A stretch of 38,496 nt of DNA, from NCBI GenBank assembly GCA_964357915.1, contig CAYHND010000001.1, forward strand, positions 2,167 to 40,662. The letters are read 5' to 3'. Both the position numbers and the translations under genes were made by a program. The stretch comes from an uncultured Bdellovibrionales bacterium (GTDB lineage: Bacteria > Patescibacteriota > Minisyncoccia > Moranbacterales > UBA1568). Below the pieces are notes generated by a model. The model was not told where the DNA came from. It searched no databases and worked only from the letters and a program-made list of their open reading frames with translations. This document shows positions 16,412-25,299 of this stretch, one piece after another (the stretch's first letter is position 1; the number at the start of each line of letters is the position of its first letter).

Positions 16412-16485
16412 TGGGCAATAAAGGACTCGAACCTTTGACCCCCTCGGTGTAAACGAGGTGCTCTAACCAACTGAGCTAATTGCCC
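16412..16485 (-). tRNA. tRNA-Val (anticodon TAC)
   Basis: The reverse complement has acceptor gggcaat/attgccc and anticodon stem cctcg/cgagg with loop ttTACac. Confidence 0.9.
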
Positions 16486-16517
16486 ATACTTCCACAAATT
16501 TTCTCTTCTTTACACTG

Positions 16518-16602
16518 TGCCCAAGAGAGGACTCGAACCTCCAATCCCTTGCGAGAACATGCACCTCAAGCATGCGCGTATACCAAATTCCGCCACCTGG
16601 GC
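16518..16602 (-). tRNA. tRNA-Leu (anticodon GAG), long variable arm
   Basis: The reverse complement has anticodon stem catgc/gcatg with loop ttGAGgt, a long variable arm and T-loop ttcgagt. Confidence 0.85.
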
Positions 16603-16622
16603 AAATTCTAATCGGAACCCAC

Positions 16623-17105
16623 TTATTCTACAGTGTTTTCTACTTCTGTGGCAACACCTTCTTCAAGTGCTTCTACTGCAACTTCTTCCTCTATCTCTTC
16701 TGCTACAGGAGCAGCGACTACTCCTTTGGCCTTGCGAGAATCCTTAAGAGCCACTTCTTTCAGTTTACGGCTCAACACCTTCACTGATTTGTCGCGTACA
16801 AAGTACAACTTAGCGCGACGAGCAGTAGTTCGCTTAACGAATTCGATTTTCTCAATTTGCGTTGAATTCAAAGGAAGAACCAGCTCTACGCCGACTCCTG
16901 AAGCTACTTTGCGCACCGTAATAGTCTTAGAGGCACTTTGGCCTCCACGGGTAGCAATCACCATACCCTGAAACATCTGGGTACGCTCTTTGCCACCTTC
17001 TTTGATCTTACGATATACCTTCACCACGTCTCCAGCTTGAAGCTCTGGGAGCTCTGGGAATTCACGACGCTGTTTTTTATTAAAAGCAATCAGTTTTTGA
17101 TTCAT
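16623..17105 (-). CDS. rplS: 50S ribosomal protein L19 with an acidic C-terminal extension
   Basis: GDVVKVYRKIKEGGKERTQMFQGMVIATRGG...ITVRK.ASGVGVE..LPLNS..IEKIEV is canonical L19. About 45 extra E/A/V-rich residues follow at the C-terminus. Confidence 0.9.
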   Translation of the reverse strand: MNQKLIAFNKKQRREFPELPELQAGDVVKVYRKIKEGGKERTQMFQGMVIATRGGQSASKTITVRKVASGVGVELVLPLNSTQIEKIEFVKRTTARRAKLYFVRDKSVKVLSRKLKEVALKDSRKAKGVVAAPVAEEIEEEVAVEALEEGVATEVENTVE

Positions 17106-17209
17106 AATGTTTGGCGTATAAATAGAAGCCTAAGTTCGGCTTTCGGTCAATAAAATAGCTTATCTGAAGTCTTTTATCCTAAAAAGGATGCTCGAGAAAT
17201 AAAAAAGCC

Positions 17210-18244
17210 TCACTCTCTCGTAGTAGAAAATAGGCTCTTCAAAGCCTCATAATCATAACCGCTTCCCCGAAATCCGTCAAGGCTTTCCAGAGCCTCTCTG
17301 AAATCCTCTCCTGGCATAGCCTCAAAGACATAACTGGTGCTCTGAAAATCAAATTCTAGCCGCAAAGCATGAAGCATTTGACGCTCAATATCAGGATAGG
17401 CTCTTTGAGAATCACGGGTACTGTAAAGGGTATCTCCCAACACTGCCTTATGGAGAGCTTGTAGATGTACTCTAATCTGGTGCATACGACCAGTCTCTGG
17501 CTCAAGCATAACCAACGAGGCGTCATTAAAGGAAACTATGACTCGATAATTAGTAATAGCACTCTTGGCATTTTCAAGAGCTTGCTCTGTCTTAGAACGC
17601 ACTATTTCCCTTTTCAGGCTGCTTTTTTGGCGACGAATAGGAAAAGTGATGCTGCCCTCAACCTCTTTGAAAACCCCGTAACACAAGGCTACGTAGGTTT
17701 TGTGAATTTTTCTCTCTAGGAAGAGTTCTTTGAGGCCAGTGTAGGCTTCTTGTGTCTTGGCTATCAAAACAACGCCTGAGGTGTTCTTATCGAGCCTGTG
17801 GACTATACCAGGACGCTCAACTGATTCGCCAATACCAGCCACTTCAGGATAGCGATCCCGTAAAAAGTCAGCAAAAGTGTAATCATTTTGACGTATGCCG
17901 ACCCCACCATGCATAGACATGAAGGCTGGTTTGTTGAAAACCAAGAAATGCTCATTTTCGTAGAGCTTTTCTGGTAGGAAACGAGGGGTGTCTTTGGCAC
18001 GCTTCTTATCTTCCTCGTCAGGAAGGTTAAACTGGATAGTCTCACCAGAACGTAGTCGTTTACTCGCATCAATAGGGGTATCCAAAACAGAGACTTGACC
18101 AGCTTCAAAGAGAGCCGTCAAAAAAGTCCGTCCGGTAAAGTCATTTTCCCAAAGACCTTTGCGCTTAAGAGCGGCTCGCACTACCTTATCAGCCCGCTCA
18201 CCAGAGTAGGCTTTTGGGATTTTGTAAGTATAGGATGTGTTCAT
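17210..18244 (-). CDS. RluA-family 23S rRNA pseudouridine synthase (RluD-like, with an S4-like N-terminus)
   Basis: Catalytic motif HRLDKNTSGVVLIAK and GRMHQIRVHL. Confidence 0.85.
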   Translation of the reverse strand: MNTSYTYKIPKAYSGERADKVVRAALKRKGLWENDFTGRTFLTALFEAGQVSVLDTPIDASKRLRSGETIQFNLPDEEDKKRAKDTPRFLPEKLYENEHFLVFNKPAFMSMHGGVGIRQNDYTFADFLRDRYPEVAGIGESVERPGIVHRLDKNTSGVVLIAKTQEAYTGLKELFLERKIHKTYVALCYGVFKEVEGSITFPIRRQKSSLKREIVRSKTEQALENAKSAITNYRVIVSFNDASLVMLEPETGRMHQIRVHLQALHKAVLGDTLYSTRDSQRAYPDIERQMLHALRLEFDFQSTSYVFEAMPGEDFREALESLDGFRGSGYDYEALKSLFSTTRE

Positions 18245-18423
18245 GAAATAGTTGATTGTACGCTGCTCTCACTTGTGTCACGTTTTGGGAATTTTGGCAA
18301 GTCTCTTGTTTACACCTTGGCGCTTCAGTTGTGTCTAATATTAACAGAAAAACACAATATGTAGTTGTTTTTATGAAAGATAACAGAAAAAGAGGTCGAA
18401 TTTATCCTTTAAACAGCGGATAG

Positions 18424-18452
18424 TTGACACACTTTTTCGAGGCTCGTATTAT
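18424..18452 (+). promoter_or_regulatory. near-consensus sigma-70 promoter upstream of sod-nrdAB
   Basis: TTGACA (18424-18429), 17-nt spacer, TATTAT (18447-18452), about 65 nt before the ATG at 18518. Confidence 0.55.
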
Positions 18453-18517
18453 ACAAAAACGGCTTCAAAAAACCGGGGTCAAAAAGACACTAAAAAACTC
18501 TAAACAAACATTTTCAT

Positions 18518-19084
18518 ATGATGGAATATACACCAAAAGACTATAGTCACCTCTTAGGCCTCCCTGGGTTGAGTGATGCGCTTCTCAACAACCATTTTAC
18601 CCTGTATCAGGGCTACGTCACCAACACCAACACGTTGCAAAAATTACTCGCCGAGGCAGAACCTAATTCTCCTGCCTATAATGAGCTCAAGCGTCGTTTT
18701 GGTTGGGAATGGAACGGTATGCGCTTGCACGAACTGTACTTTGAAAACATGGCCAAAGAAAATAACACTGCTTCTGAACAGATGAGCGCTGCTCTTGAAA
18801 AATCTTTTGGCTCATTTGAAAATTGGCGTACTGACTTTCTCGCAACGGGTGCCATGCGTGGTATTGGTTGGGTCATTCTCGTCCAAGACGAAGAGACTGG
18901 CTCGTTATTTAATACCTGGATCAACGAGCACGACTTAGGACACCTCACGGGTACCAAGCCCTTACTTGTCATGGATGTCTTCGAACACGCTTTTATGCTC
19001 GACTACGGTATCAAACGTGCCGACTACCTGACTGTTTTTATGAATGCTATCGACTGGACAGTGGTAGAGAAACGTTTCGCCTAA
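18518..19084 (+). CDS. Fe/Mn-family superoxide dismutase
   Basis: By-eye alignment to E. coli SodB places all four metal ligands (H in NNHF, H in RLHELYF, D and H in DVFEHAFMLDY) and the conserved QGYV tyrosine. Confidence 0.8.
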   Translation: MMEYTPKDYSHLLGLPGLSDALLNNHFTLYQGYVTNTNTLQKLLAEAEPNSPAYNELKRRFGWEWNGMRLHELYFENMAKENNTASEQMSAALEKSFGSFENWRTDFLATGAMRGIGWVILVQDEETGSLFNTWINEHDLGHLTGTKPLLVMDVFEHAFMLDYGIKRADYLTVFMNAIDWTVVEKRFA

Positions 19085-19135
19085 ATACAAAAACAAAAAG
19101 TATAATACCTTAATCTGCCTTCTGGCTCGAACACT

Positions 19136-21751
19136 ATGGCTATCGAAAAAATCCTACGTCGTGATGGAGAAGTCGCCCCCTTCAGTCGCACTCGTATTGA
19201 GAACGCTATCGCACTTGCTTGTGATGCAATTGGAGAAACTGACAAAGATTTTATTCCCGAACTGACTGATCTCATCGTAGCTGACATTGAACATGTCTAC
19301 ACTGAGATATTTGTAAACCGAACTCCATCAGTGGAAGATGTTCAAGACATCGTAGAACAAAACCTCGTCAAGACGAATCGCTTTGAGCTTGCTAAGTCAT
19401 ACATCATCTACCGAGAAAAGCGCAGACAGGAGCGAGAGGATCGCATGGAGCAACTGATTGATGAGTTTGAACAAAACACTCTCCAGGTAACTAAATCTAA
19501 TGGTTCCAAGGAACGCTTTGACATTAAGAAGCTTCGTGTTGTTTTCAATCGTGCCTCTAAAGAGTTTGATGAAGAATGTAGTTTTGAGGACTTGATGGAA
19601 GCTTTCAAGAAAAATCTCATCGAAGATATCCAAACTGCTGATATTGAGAAGTTGCTCGTCAAAACCTGTATCGATCTAGTGACTGTCGAAAATATCGCCT
19701 GGCAGAATGTCGCGGCTCGCATCCTCCTTGGTGGCCTCTACAAAAAAGCTCTCAAGAACAGAAACATTGAACAAGCTGATGTCTATTCACCTGCCTCCTA
19801 CAAAGCTTTGTTTGATGACTACATTGAGCGAGGTCTCTACTACAAAGACTTCTACAAATACTATTCGGAGGAAGACATCCTTGAAGCTGGTAAGCACCTC
19901 TCCAAAGAGACAGATGAGACCTACGAATATACGACTATCGTGTCGTTGATCAAACGCTATCTTCTTAATCCCAACAAAATTACCAAAGAGTTGCCTCAAG
20001 AAATGTACATGTCGATTGCGCTGTTCCTCGCCATTCCAGAAACGGACGAGACTCGTCTTGAGACCGCTCTTAAAATTTACAAACACTGCTCAGAACAACG
20101 CATCTCTCTCCCAACACCAACGCTCCTCAACTCTCGCACTAACTATCACCAACTCTCAAGTTGTTTCAAGATTAATGTAGATGATGATCTCCGTGGTATT
20201 TATCACGCTGTCGAAAACATGGCTCAAATTTCTAAGTTTGGTGGTGGTGTCGGTGTCTATCTCGGAAATATTCGTGCTCGTGGCAGTATGATTCGTGGAG
20301 TGAAGGGTATGTCTGGAGGAGTCAATCCTTGGGTAAAGGTCATCAATGATACTGCCGTAGCCGTCAACCAGCTCGGTGCCCGTCTGGGTGCTATATCAGT
20401 CACTCTTGATTTTTGGCACTTAGATATCTACGACTTTCTTGATCTCCAAACCGAAACAGGAGATATTCGCTCTAAGGCTTTTGATGTTTTCCCCGCTGTC
20501 TCTATTCCTGATCTTTTTATGAAACGTATTGAGGAAGATGGGGATTGGACTTTGTTTGATCCGTATGAAATCAACCACGTTCATGGTCGGGGTCTTCAAA
20601 ACCATTTCAACAAAGAGTTTGAGGCTTTCTATCTCGAGCTAGAGAAAGACGAGCGCATGACCATGAAGAAAACCATCAAGGCCAAAGATCTCTTTAAGAA
20701 ATTTCTCAAAGCGACTGTAGAGACGGGTATGCCCTACGTGTTCTACCGTGATACAGTCAATCGTCTCAATCCCAACAAGCACGCTGGTAATATTTACTCC
20801 ACTCAACTCTGCACAGAAATTTGTCAGAACACTTCATCTTCTAAATTTGTTGAAGAAACTATTGAAGATGGTAAAATTGTTATCCGTTACGAACCTGGTG
20901 ATCTCGTTGTCTGTAACCTTGCCTCAGTCAACATAGCCAAAGTCAATGATCAGAAAACTATCGGTGAAGTATTTCCGGTTTTGCTCCGTGTCCTTGATAA
21001 CGTTATTACGCTCAACTACTACCCAATCAAAGAAGCAGAACGAACAGCACTCCGTTACCGCAGTATCGGTATTGGATATCTGGGGTTGGCTGAATACCTG
21101 GCTGTGCGCAGAATTTCTTATGACACTGAAGCTGCTCGTGAAGACGTCGATGTCCTGTTTGCGGAATATGCGTATCACACCTACCGCGCTTCTGTAGACC
21201 TTGCCCGAGAACGTGGCCATTATGAACTCTTCCCGGGAAGTGAGTACTCTAAGGGCATTCTCCTTGGACGAACAGAAGACTGGTATGTCGACAATACCGC
21301 TCGTGGCGAAGAATGGAAAACCCTCTTTGCTGATATGAAGGCCTACGGTACGCGCTTTGCCTATCACACTGCCCCTGCTCCAAACACCTCAACAGCAGGA
21401 GTGGTAGGTACGACAGCGGCGTTACTCCCTATCTACAAACGTTACTTCGTCGAAACCAACCTCTCAGCTCCAACTCTCCGTGTTGCTCCAAAGCTCTCCA
21501 AAGACAACTTCTGGTACTACAAAGAGTACGTTCACATGGATATGAATGATGTCATCAGTATGATTGCTGTCGTCTACAAGTGGGTAGACCAGTCTATCAG
21601 CTTCGAATGGATGATTGATCCTGCCAAAGTCAGTCCAGCTCAGCTCTACGACTACTACATCAAAGCTTGGCAAGATGGAATCAAGACGGTGTATTATGTA
21701 CGAAGCTTGTCTGGCGAGATCAAGGAAGATTGTGTAAGTTGTAGCGGTTAA
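19136..21751 (+). CDS. nrdA: class I ribonucleoside-diphosphate reductase, alpha subunit (ATP-cone N-terminus)
   Basis: 871 aa with an ATP-cone (KILRRDGEVAPFSRTRIENAI), catalytic-core motifs (LSSCF, NLCTEI-like QLCTEI) and a C-terminal CVSC redox pair. Confidence 0.9.
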   Translation: MAIEKILRRDGEVAPFSRTRIENAIALACDAIGETDKDFIPELTDLIVADIEHVYTEIFVNRTPSVEDVQDIVEQNLVKTNRFELAKSYIIYREKRRQEREDRMEQLIDEFEQNTLQVTKSNGSKERFDIKKLRVVFNRASKEFDEECSFEDLMEAFKKNLIEDIQTADIEKLLVKTCIDLVTVENIAWQNVAARILLGGLYKKALKNRNIEQADVYSPASYKALFDDYIERGLYYKDFYKYYSEEDILEAGKHLSKETDETYEYTTIVSLIKRYLLNPNKITKELPQEMYMSIALFLAIPETDETRLETALKIYKHCSEQRISLPTPTLLNSRTNYHQLSSCFKINVDDDLRGIYHAVENMAQISKFGGGVGVYLGNIRARGSMIRGVKGMSGGVNPWVKVINDTAVAVNQLGARLGAISVTLDFWHLDIYDFLDLQTETGDIRSKAFDVFPAVSIPDLFMKRIEEDGDWTLFDPYEINHVHGRGLQNHFNKEFEAFYLELEKDERMTMKKTIKAKDLFKKFLKATVETGMPYVFYRDTVNRLNPNKHAGNIYSTQLCTEICQNTSSSKFVEETIEDGKIVIRYEPGDLVVCNLASVNIAKVNDQKTIGEVFPVLLRVLDNVITLNYYPIKEAERTALRYRSIGIGYLGLAEYLAVRRISYDTEAAREDVDVLFAEYAYHTYRASVDLARERGHYELFPGSEYSKGILLGRTEDWYVDNTARGEEWKTLFADMKAYGTRFAYHTAPAPNTSTAGVVGTTAALLPIYKRYFVETNLSAPTLRVAPKLSKDNFWYYKEYVHMDMNDVISMIAVVYKWVDQSISFEWMIDPAKVSPAQLYDYYIKAWQDGIKTVYYVRSLSGEIKEDCVSCSG

Positions 21752-21763
21752 TACGAAAAATAT

Positions 21764-22804
21764 ATGTCAGCCATCAACAGAAACCCTCTTTTCAATCCTA
21801 CCGGTACTGATGCCGTAGAAGAGAGGACTATCATCAAAGGTTCTACTACAGGCCTCTTCAACCTAAACGCCACCAAGTACCCTTGGGCAAAAAGTTTGTA
21901 CCAGGTCATGGTTGGTAACTTCTGGGTACCAGAAAAAGTCTCTGGCCTCAAGGATGATGCTCGGGCCTTCCATAGCGACCTCTCACCAGAAGAACAGCGT
22001 GCTTACAAAGGAAGTCTCTCTTTCTTGATTTTTCTGGACTCTCTTCAGACGGTCAATCTCCCGCACTTCGCTGACTACATCACGTCTCCAGAAGTAAATC
22101 TCATTCTCTCTATCCAGGCCTATCAAGAAGCTATCCACTCACAGTCATACGCTACCATCCTGGAATCAGTAGTGGAGAGCAAAGAACGAGAAGAGATCTA
22201 CTACTTCTGGAAAGACGACAAGATTCTGCTGGAACGAAACCGCCATATTGGGCAAATCTACCAAGACTTTATCGATGATCCTACTGATAAGACCTTTTTC
22301 CGCGGTATTGTAGCCAACTTCCTGCTCGAATCTATCTACTTCTACAACGGTTTTGCTTTCTTCGATACCCTGGTGGACAGAATGAAGATGTTGGCAACTG
22401 GAAGGATGATAGCCTACATCCGTCGTGATGAAGTTACTCATATTACTATCTTTGCCAACATTTTGCGTGAAATCAAAAAAGAATTCCCGGAGATATTCGA
22501 CGAAGACCTCATTCGCCAGATGACCACCGAAGCAGTGGACCAAGAAATTGAATGGAGCGCTCATATTCTGGGTAATCGTATCCCTGGTATCAATGGCGAC
22601 ACTACGGCAAGTTACACAAGATGGCTGGCTAACAAACGCCTGGCTATGCTCAATCTTGAACCTCTCTACCCTGATGCTATTGAGAATCCCTACAAACACC
22701 TTGATCGCCTCCAAGATGTAAACAGTGACAAAGGAAACTTCTTTGAAACCACCGTCGTGAACTACACACAGTCATCCAGTCTCAATGGCAGTTGGGAATT
22801 CTAA
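21764..22804 (+). CDS. nrdB: class I ribonucleotide reductase, beta subunit
   Basis: Di-metal ligand motifs EAIHSQSY (with the radical Tyr position) and RDEVTHITIF, plus a C-terminal acidic/aromatic tail ending in WEF. Confidence 0.9.
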   Translation: MSAINRNPLFNPTGTDAVEERTIIKGSTTGLFNLNATKYPWAKSLYQVMVGNFWVPEKVSGLKDDARAFHSDLSPEEQRAYKGSLSFLIFLDSLQTVNLPHFADYITSPEVNLILSIQAYQEAIHSQSYATILESVVESKEREEIYYFWKDDKILLERNRHIGQIYQDFIDDPTDKTFFRGIVANFLLESIYFYNGFAFFDTLVDRMKMLATGRMIAYIRRDEVTHITIFANILREIKKEFPEIFDEDLIRQMTTEAVDQEIEWSAHILGNRIPGINGDTTASYTRWLANKRLAMLNLEPLYPDAIENPYKHLDRLQDVNSDKGNFFETTVVNYTQSSSLNGSWEF

Positions 22805-22840
22805 AGTAGTTTACCTAAAAAACTTTTAGAGCAGTCTCAC

Positions 22841-22872
22841 AAAAAACGTCCGTCGTATAGCGGACGTTTTTT
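22841..22872 (+). terminator. rho-independent terminator after nrdB
   Basis: aaaaaacgtccg-tcgtatag-cggacgtttttt. Confidence 0.75.
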
Positions 22873-22882
22873 AATTTTGCTA

Positions 22883-22891
22883 TGATATAAT
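22883..22891 (+). promoter_or_regulatory. extended -10 promoter (TGaTATAAT) placed for a leaderless or near-leaderless transcript
   Basis: tgatataat ends 6 nt before the ATG at 22898. Confidence 0.45.
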
Positions 22892-22897
22892 ACATAT

Positions 22898-24148
22898 ATG
22901 AAAATTTCTCTGTCCAAAAATATATTTTCCATTTTTGTTTTGCTTTTTTTTGTTTTTTCTCCTATAGAAACAACTTGGGCTCAAAACAGTGCTCCAGACC
23001 CTAATCAGCAACTTACCGACCTAGAATGTCGAAATGAGCCTCCGGGTGGAAAGGGTGGTTTTTGTAAAACTATTCTCTTTGGAGGAGACGGCTGTGATGC
23101 CGACCAAGATCGTGTTGGTAAATGTGAAGAAAATATTGGCTTTATACAGCAAGCTTGTTGCGTTCCTAAGGCTGGAGCCTTACCTGAGTCACTTTGTGAA
23201 AGAGCTGTGTCTAGCGGAGGGAAGGGTGGTGTCTGTAGTTTTGGGGGATGTGCATCTGGCGCTACCAATTTGGGAGTTTGTAGTGAGGCAGTCCTGACTG
23301 GAAGAGATGGTGTATGTTGTGTTTCAGAAGAATCAAAAAAGGCAGCTGAAAAAGATACTGGCATTGCTGCTGTAGGAGCAGTCAATATTGGTACTACCTA
23401 TACGCCCCTAGAAAACGTGCCTTTTATCACTGGTACCACCTTTCAAGACTATGTACTTGGTCTGTATACTTTAGGACTTGTTCTGATAGTACTCTGCGCG
23501 GTCTTTATGCTGGTGATTGGAGGTTTCACCTACCTCACCAGCGCCGGTAATACAGCCGCTATTAGCTCTGCCAAACACATTATCTACGGATCACTGATTG
23601 GTCTTGTTCTTGCTCTGGTATCCTATATTATCCTTAATACCATCAATCCTGATCTGGTGAACGTGAATGTGACTAGTTTCCAGCCCCTAGCTATTCGTAA
23701 TGGATCTGTAGACGCTGGGGGGGGAACTCCCTCAAACTACAGTGGTCCTGGCGGTGTTGCTGTACCAGCAGGTACTACGGGTTGCTACGATTGTGTGAAA
23801 GTGACTAGTATAACTTGTAAAAACAGTAACAGTTGTCAGCTTAATAAAACCTTTCTTTCTCGACTAGAGGCCGCAAATGCCCAACTCAAAGACATCACTA
23901 TCACAGAAGCCTGGCCACCAACCGTTCAACACAAAAGTGCCTGTCACTCAAATGGTACTTGTGCTGATATACGTACTAGCCCGACTGATGTGACGAATAT
24001 GGTGAGGTACTACAACGCCCTTAAAACAGCTGGGCTGGGGACTTCCTTCCTAGAGGTAGGTAAGGGCAGTAGCTGTACTCCTTATAAAACAAATGGTGTC
24101 CCTTGTATTATTACTCAGGGCACAGGCGTCCATTTCCACGTTCGATAA
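22898..24148 (+). CDS. secreted fusion protein: two Cys-rich modules, a VirB2/TrbC-like pilin TM hairpin and a C-terminal LAS/M15-type zinc-peptidase-like domain
   Basis: Signal peptide. Two 6-Cys modules (aa 43-88 and 100-141), each with GGKGG and a terminal CCV. Two TM helices (aa ~184-207 and ~228-247) flank TSAGNTAAISSAKHII. The C-terminus has H350-x6-D357 (SACHSNGTCAD) and H412-F-H414. Confidence 0.75.
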   Translation: MKISLSKNIFSIFVLLFFVFSPIETTWAQNSAPDPNQQLTDLECRNEPPGGKGGFCKTILFGGDGCDADQDRVGKCEENIGFIQQACCVPKAGALPESLCERAVSSGGKGGVCSFGGCASGATNLGVCSEAVLTGRDGVCCVSEESKKAAEKDTGIAAVGAVNIGTTYTPLENVPFITGTTFQDYVLGLYTLGLVLIVLCAVFMLVIGGFTYLTSAGNTAAISSAKHIIYGSLIGLVLALVSYIILNTINPDLVNVNVTSFQPLAIRNGSVDAGGGTPSNYSGPGGVAVPAGTTGCYDCVKVTSITCKNSNSCQLNKTFLSRLEAANAQLKDITITEAWPPTVQHKSACHSNGTCADIRTSPTDVTNMVRYYNALKTAGLGTSFLEVGKGSSCTPYKTNGVPCIITQGTGVHFHVR

Positions 24149-24153
24149 AAGTA

Positions 24154-25299
24154 ATGAGAAAACTCTTCCTCAGCTCACTCGCACTTTTTTTACTAGTCAT
24201 CATTTTTTTGTTGGCTTATAACTTCGCGTTTAAGAACAATGCTAGCGAGCCCAAGGTTACCTCTGATACCAAGGAAGAAGCCGTGACTCCAGAAGAAGGT
24301 TTTGGTAAAGAAAAAGAACCGGCCATAGCTACCGCCGTCACCAACCCTATTAACGAAAGTGTCCTTGGTGCCGTCACGGGTCCCAACAACAGTATTTTTT
24401 ACTACTCACAAGATGACCAGGCTTTCAAAAAAGCCACTCTCGAAGGTAAGGATAAGACCGTTCTCATGACCAATCTCCCCGGTAAACCCCTTCGCGTTAC
24501 CTGGTCTACTAAGCGCGATGCCGCCCTAGCACTCATTGAAGGAACGCCTACCCCTCGCTGGTATTCAATTAATTTTCCTACTAAATCTCTCACTCCGCTT
24601 AAAGCAGAAATTACTAAAGTAAGCTGGGGATCTCTCGGGGACAAAATCTACTACTTATTCAAAAATCCCTCTACTAAGGAATTTTCTCTCAATCGCTCTA
24701 ATGCTGACGGCAGCGACTGGAAGGAGATTGCGGTGGTAGGAAGTAGAGATCTTTTCTTAGGTACCATTCCCCAGTCCAACCGTATTTCCTTTTGGACGAG
24801 GCCAAATGGCTTAGAAGAAAGCTTTTTTGATGCTATTGATGCTGATGGGAACAATCGCACTAAGCTTTTCAATGGTCGTTATGGCGGTGATTACTTGTGG
24901 TCACCTAATGGAGAACGGGTGGTCGTAAGCGCCTCACTTACCAAGGGTGGCCCAGTCACTCTGGCTGTGATGAACAAAAATGGAGGAGAGCTACAGTCTC
25001 TCAATATTCCTACTCTCATCTCCAAAGTAGTGTGGTCCAGTGATAGCTCAAAGCTCTTCTATGCTCTTCCAGGCGGTTTAGGTGAAGCTCTGCTACCCAA
25101 TGATTACTTCGAGAAAAACCTCGCCTCACAGGACACTTTTTGGCAAATAGACCTCGGCACCGGCAAGAGTAGTCGCCTCCTCGAATTGGGTGATATTGGC
25201 CAATCTTTCGATAGTACTGATCTTTCCTTATCAGCTGATGAGCGTATCTTGTTCTTTACTGATAGAGTGACAAAGAAAATCTATCGTATTGAACTCTAG
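24154..25299 (+). CDS. membrane-anchored TolB-like / PD40 beta-propeller protein
   Basis: The start was chosen at MRKLFLSSLALFLLV (TM anchor), 5 nt after the previous stop. It has PD40-like repeats (WSPNGERVVVSA, VVWSSDSSKLFY, ILFFTD). Confidence 0.7.
   Translation: MRKLFLSSLALFLLVIIFLLAYNFAFKNNASEPKVTSDTKEEAVTPEEGFGKEKEPAIATAVTNPINESVLGAVTGPNNSIFYYSQDDQAFKKATLEGKDKTVLMTNLPGKPLRVTWSTKRDAALALIEGTPTPRWYSINFPTKSLTPLKAEITKVSWGSLGDKIYYLFKNPSTKEFSLNRSNADGSDWKEIAVVGSRDLFLGTIPQSNRISFWTRPNGLEESFFDAIDADGNNRTKLFNGRYGGDYLWSPNGERVVVSASLTKGGPVTLAVMNKNGGELQSLNIPTLISKVVWSSDSSKLFYALPGGLGEALLPNDYFEKNLASQDTFWQIDLGTGKSSRLLELGDIGQSFDSTDLSLSADERILFFTDRVTKKIYRIEL

Noticed and set aside
18352-18367. NrdR-box-like sequence ACACAATATGTAGTTG upstream of sod-nrdAB
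   Set aside because: It matches only about 13 of 16 consensus positions and is a poor palindrome. There is no second box at the usual spacing of about 31 bp. It also sits about 70 bp upstream of the -35 rather than overlapping the promoter.
18518-19084. SOD homologue that seemed to lack the N-terminal His ligands (no HHxKHH motif)
   Set aside because: Allowing a 1-residue gap and a 4-residue insertion, all four metal ligands and the gateway Tyr align with E. coli SodB. I therefore treat it as an ordinary, if divergent, Fe/Mn SOD.
25296-25299. Convergent genes sharing overlapping stop codons (CTAG), and zero spacing at 35912/35913
   Set aside because: This is real but simply reflects the compact genome, and it carries no separate function. 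It does mean there is no terminator between these convergent genes.
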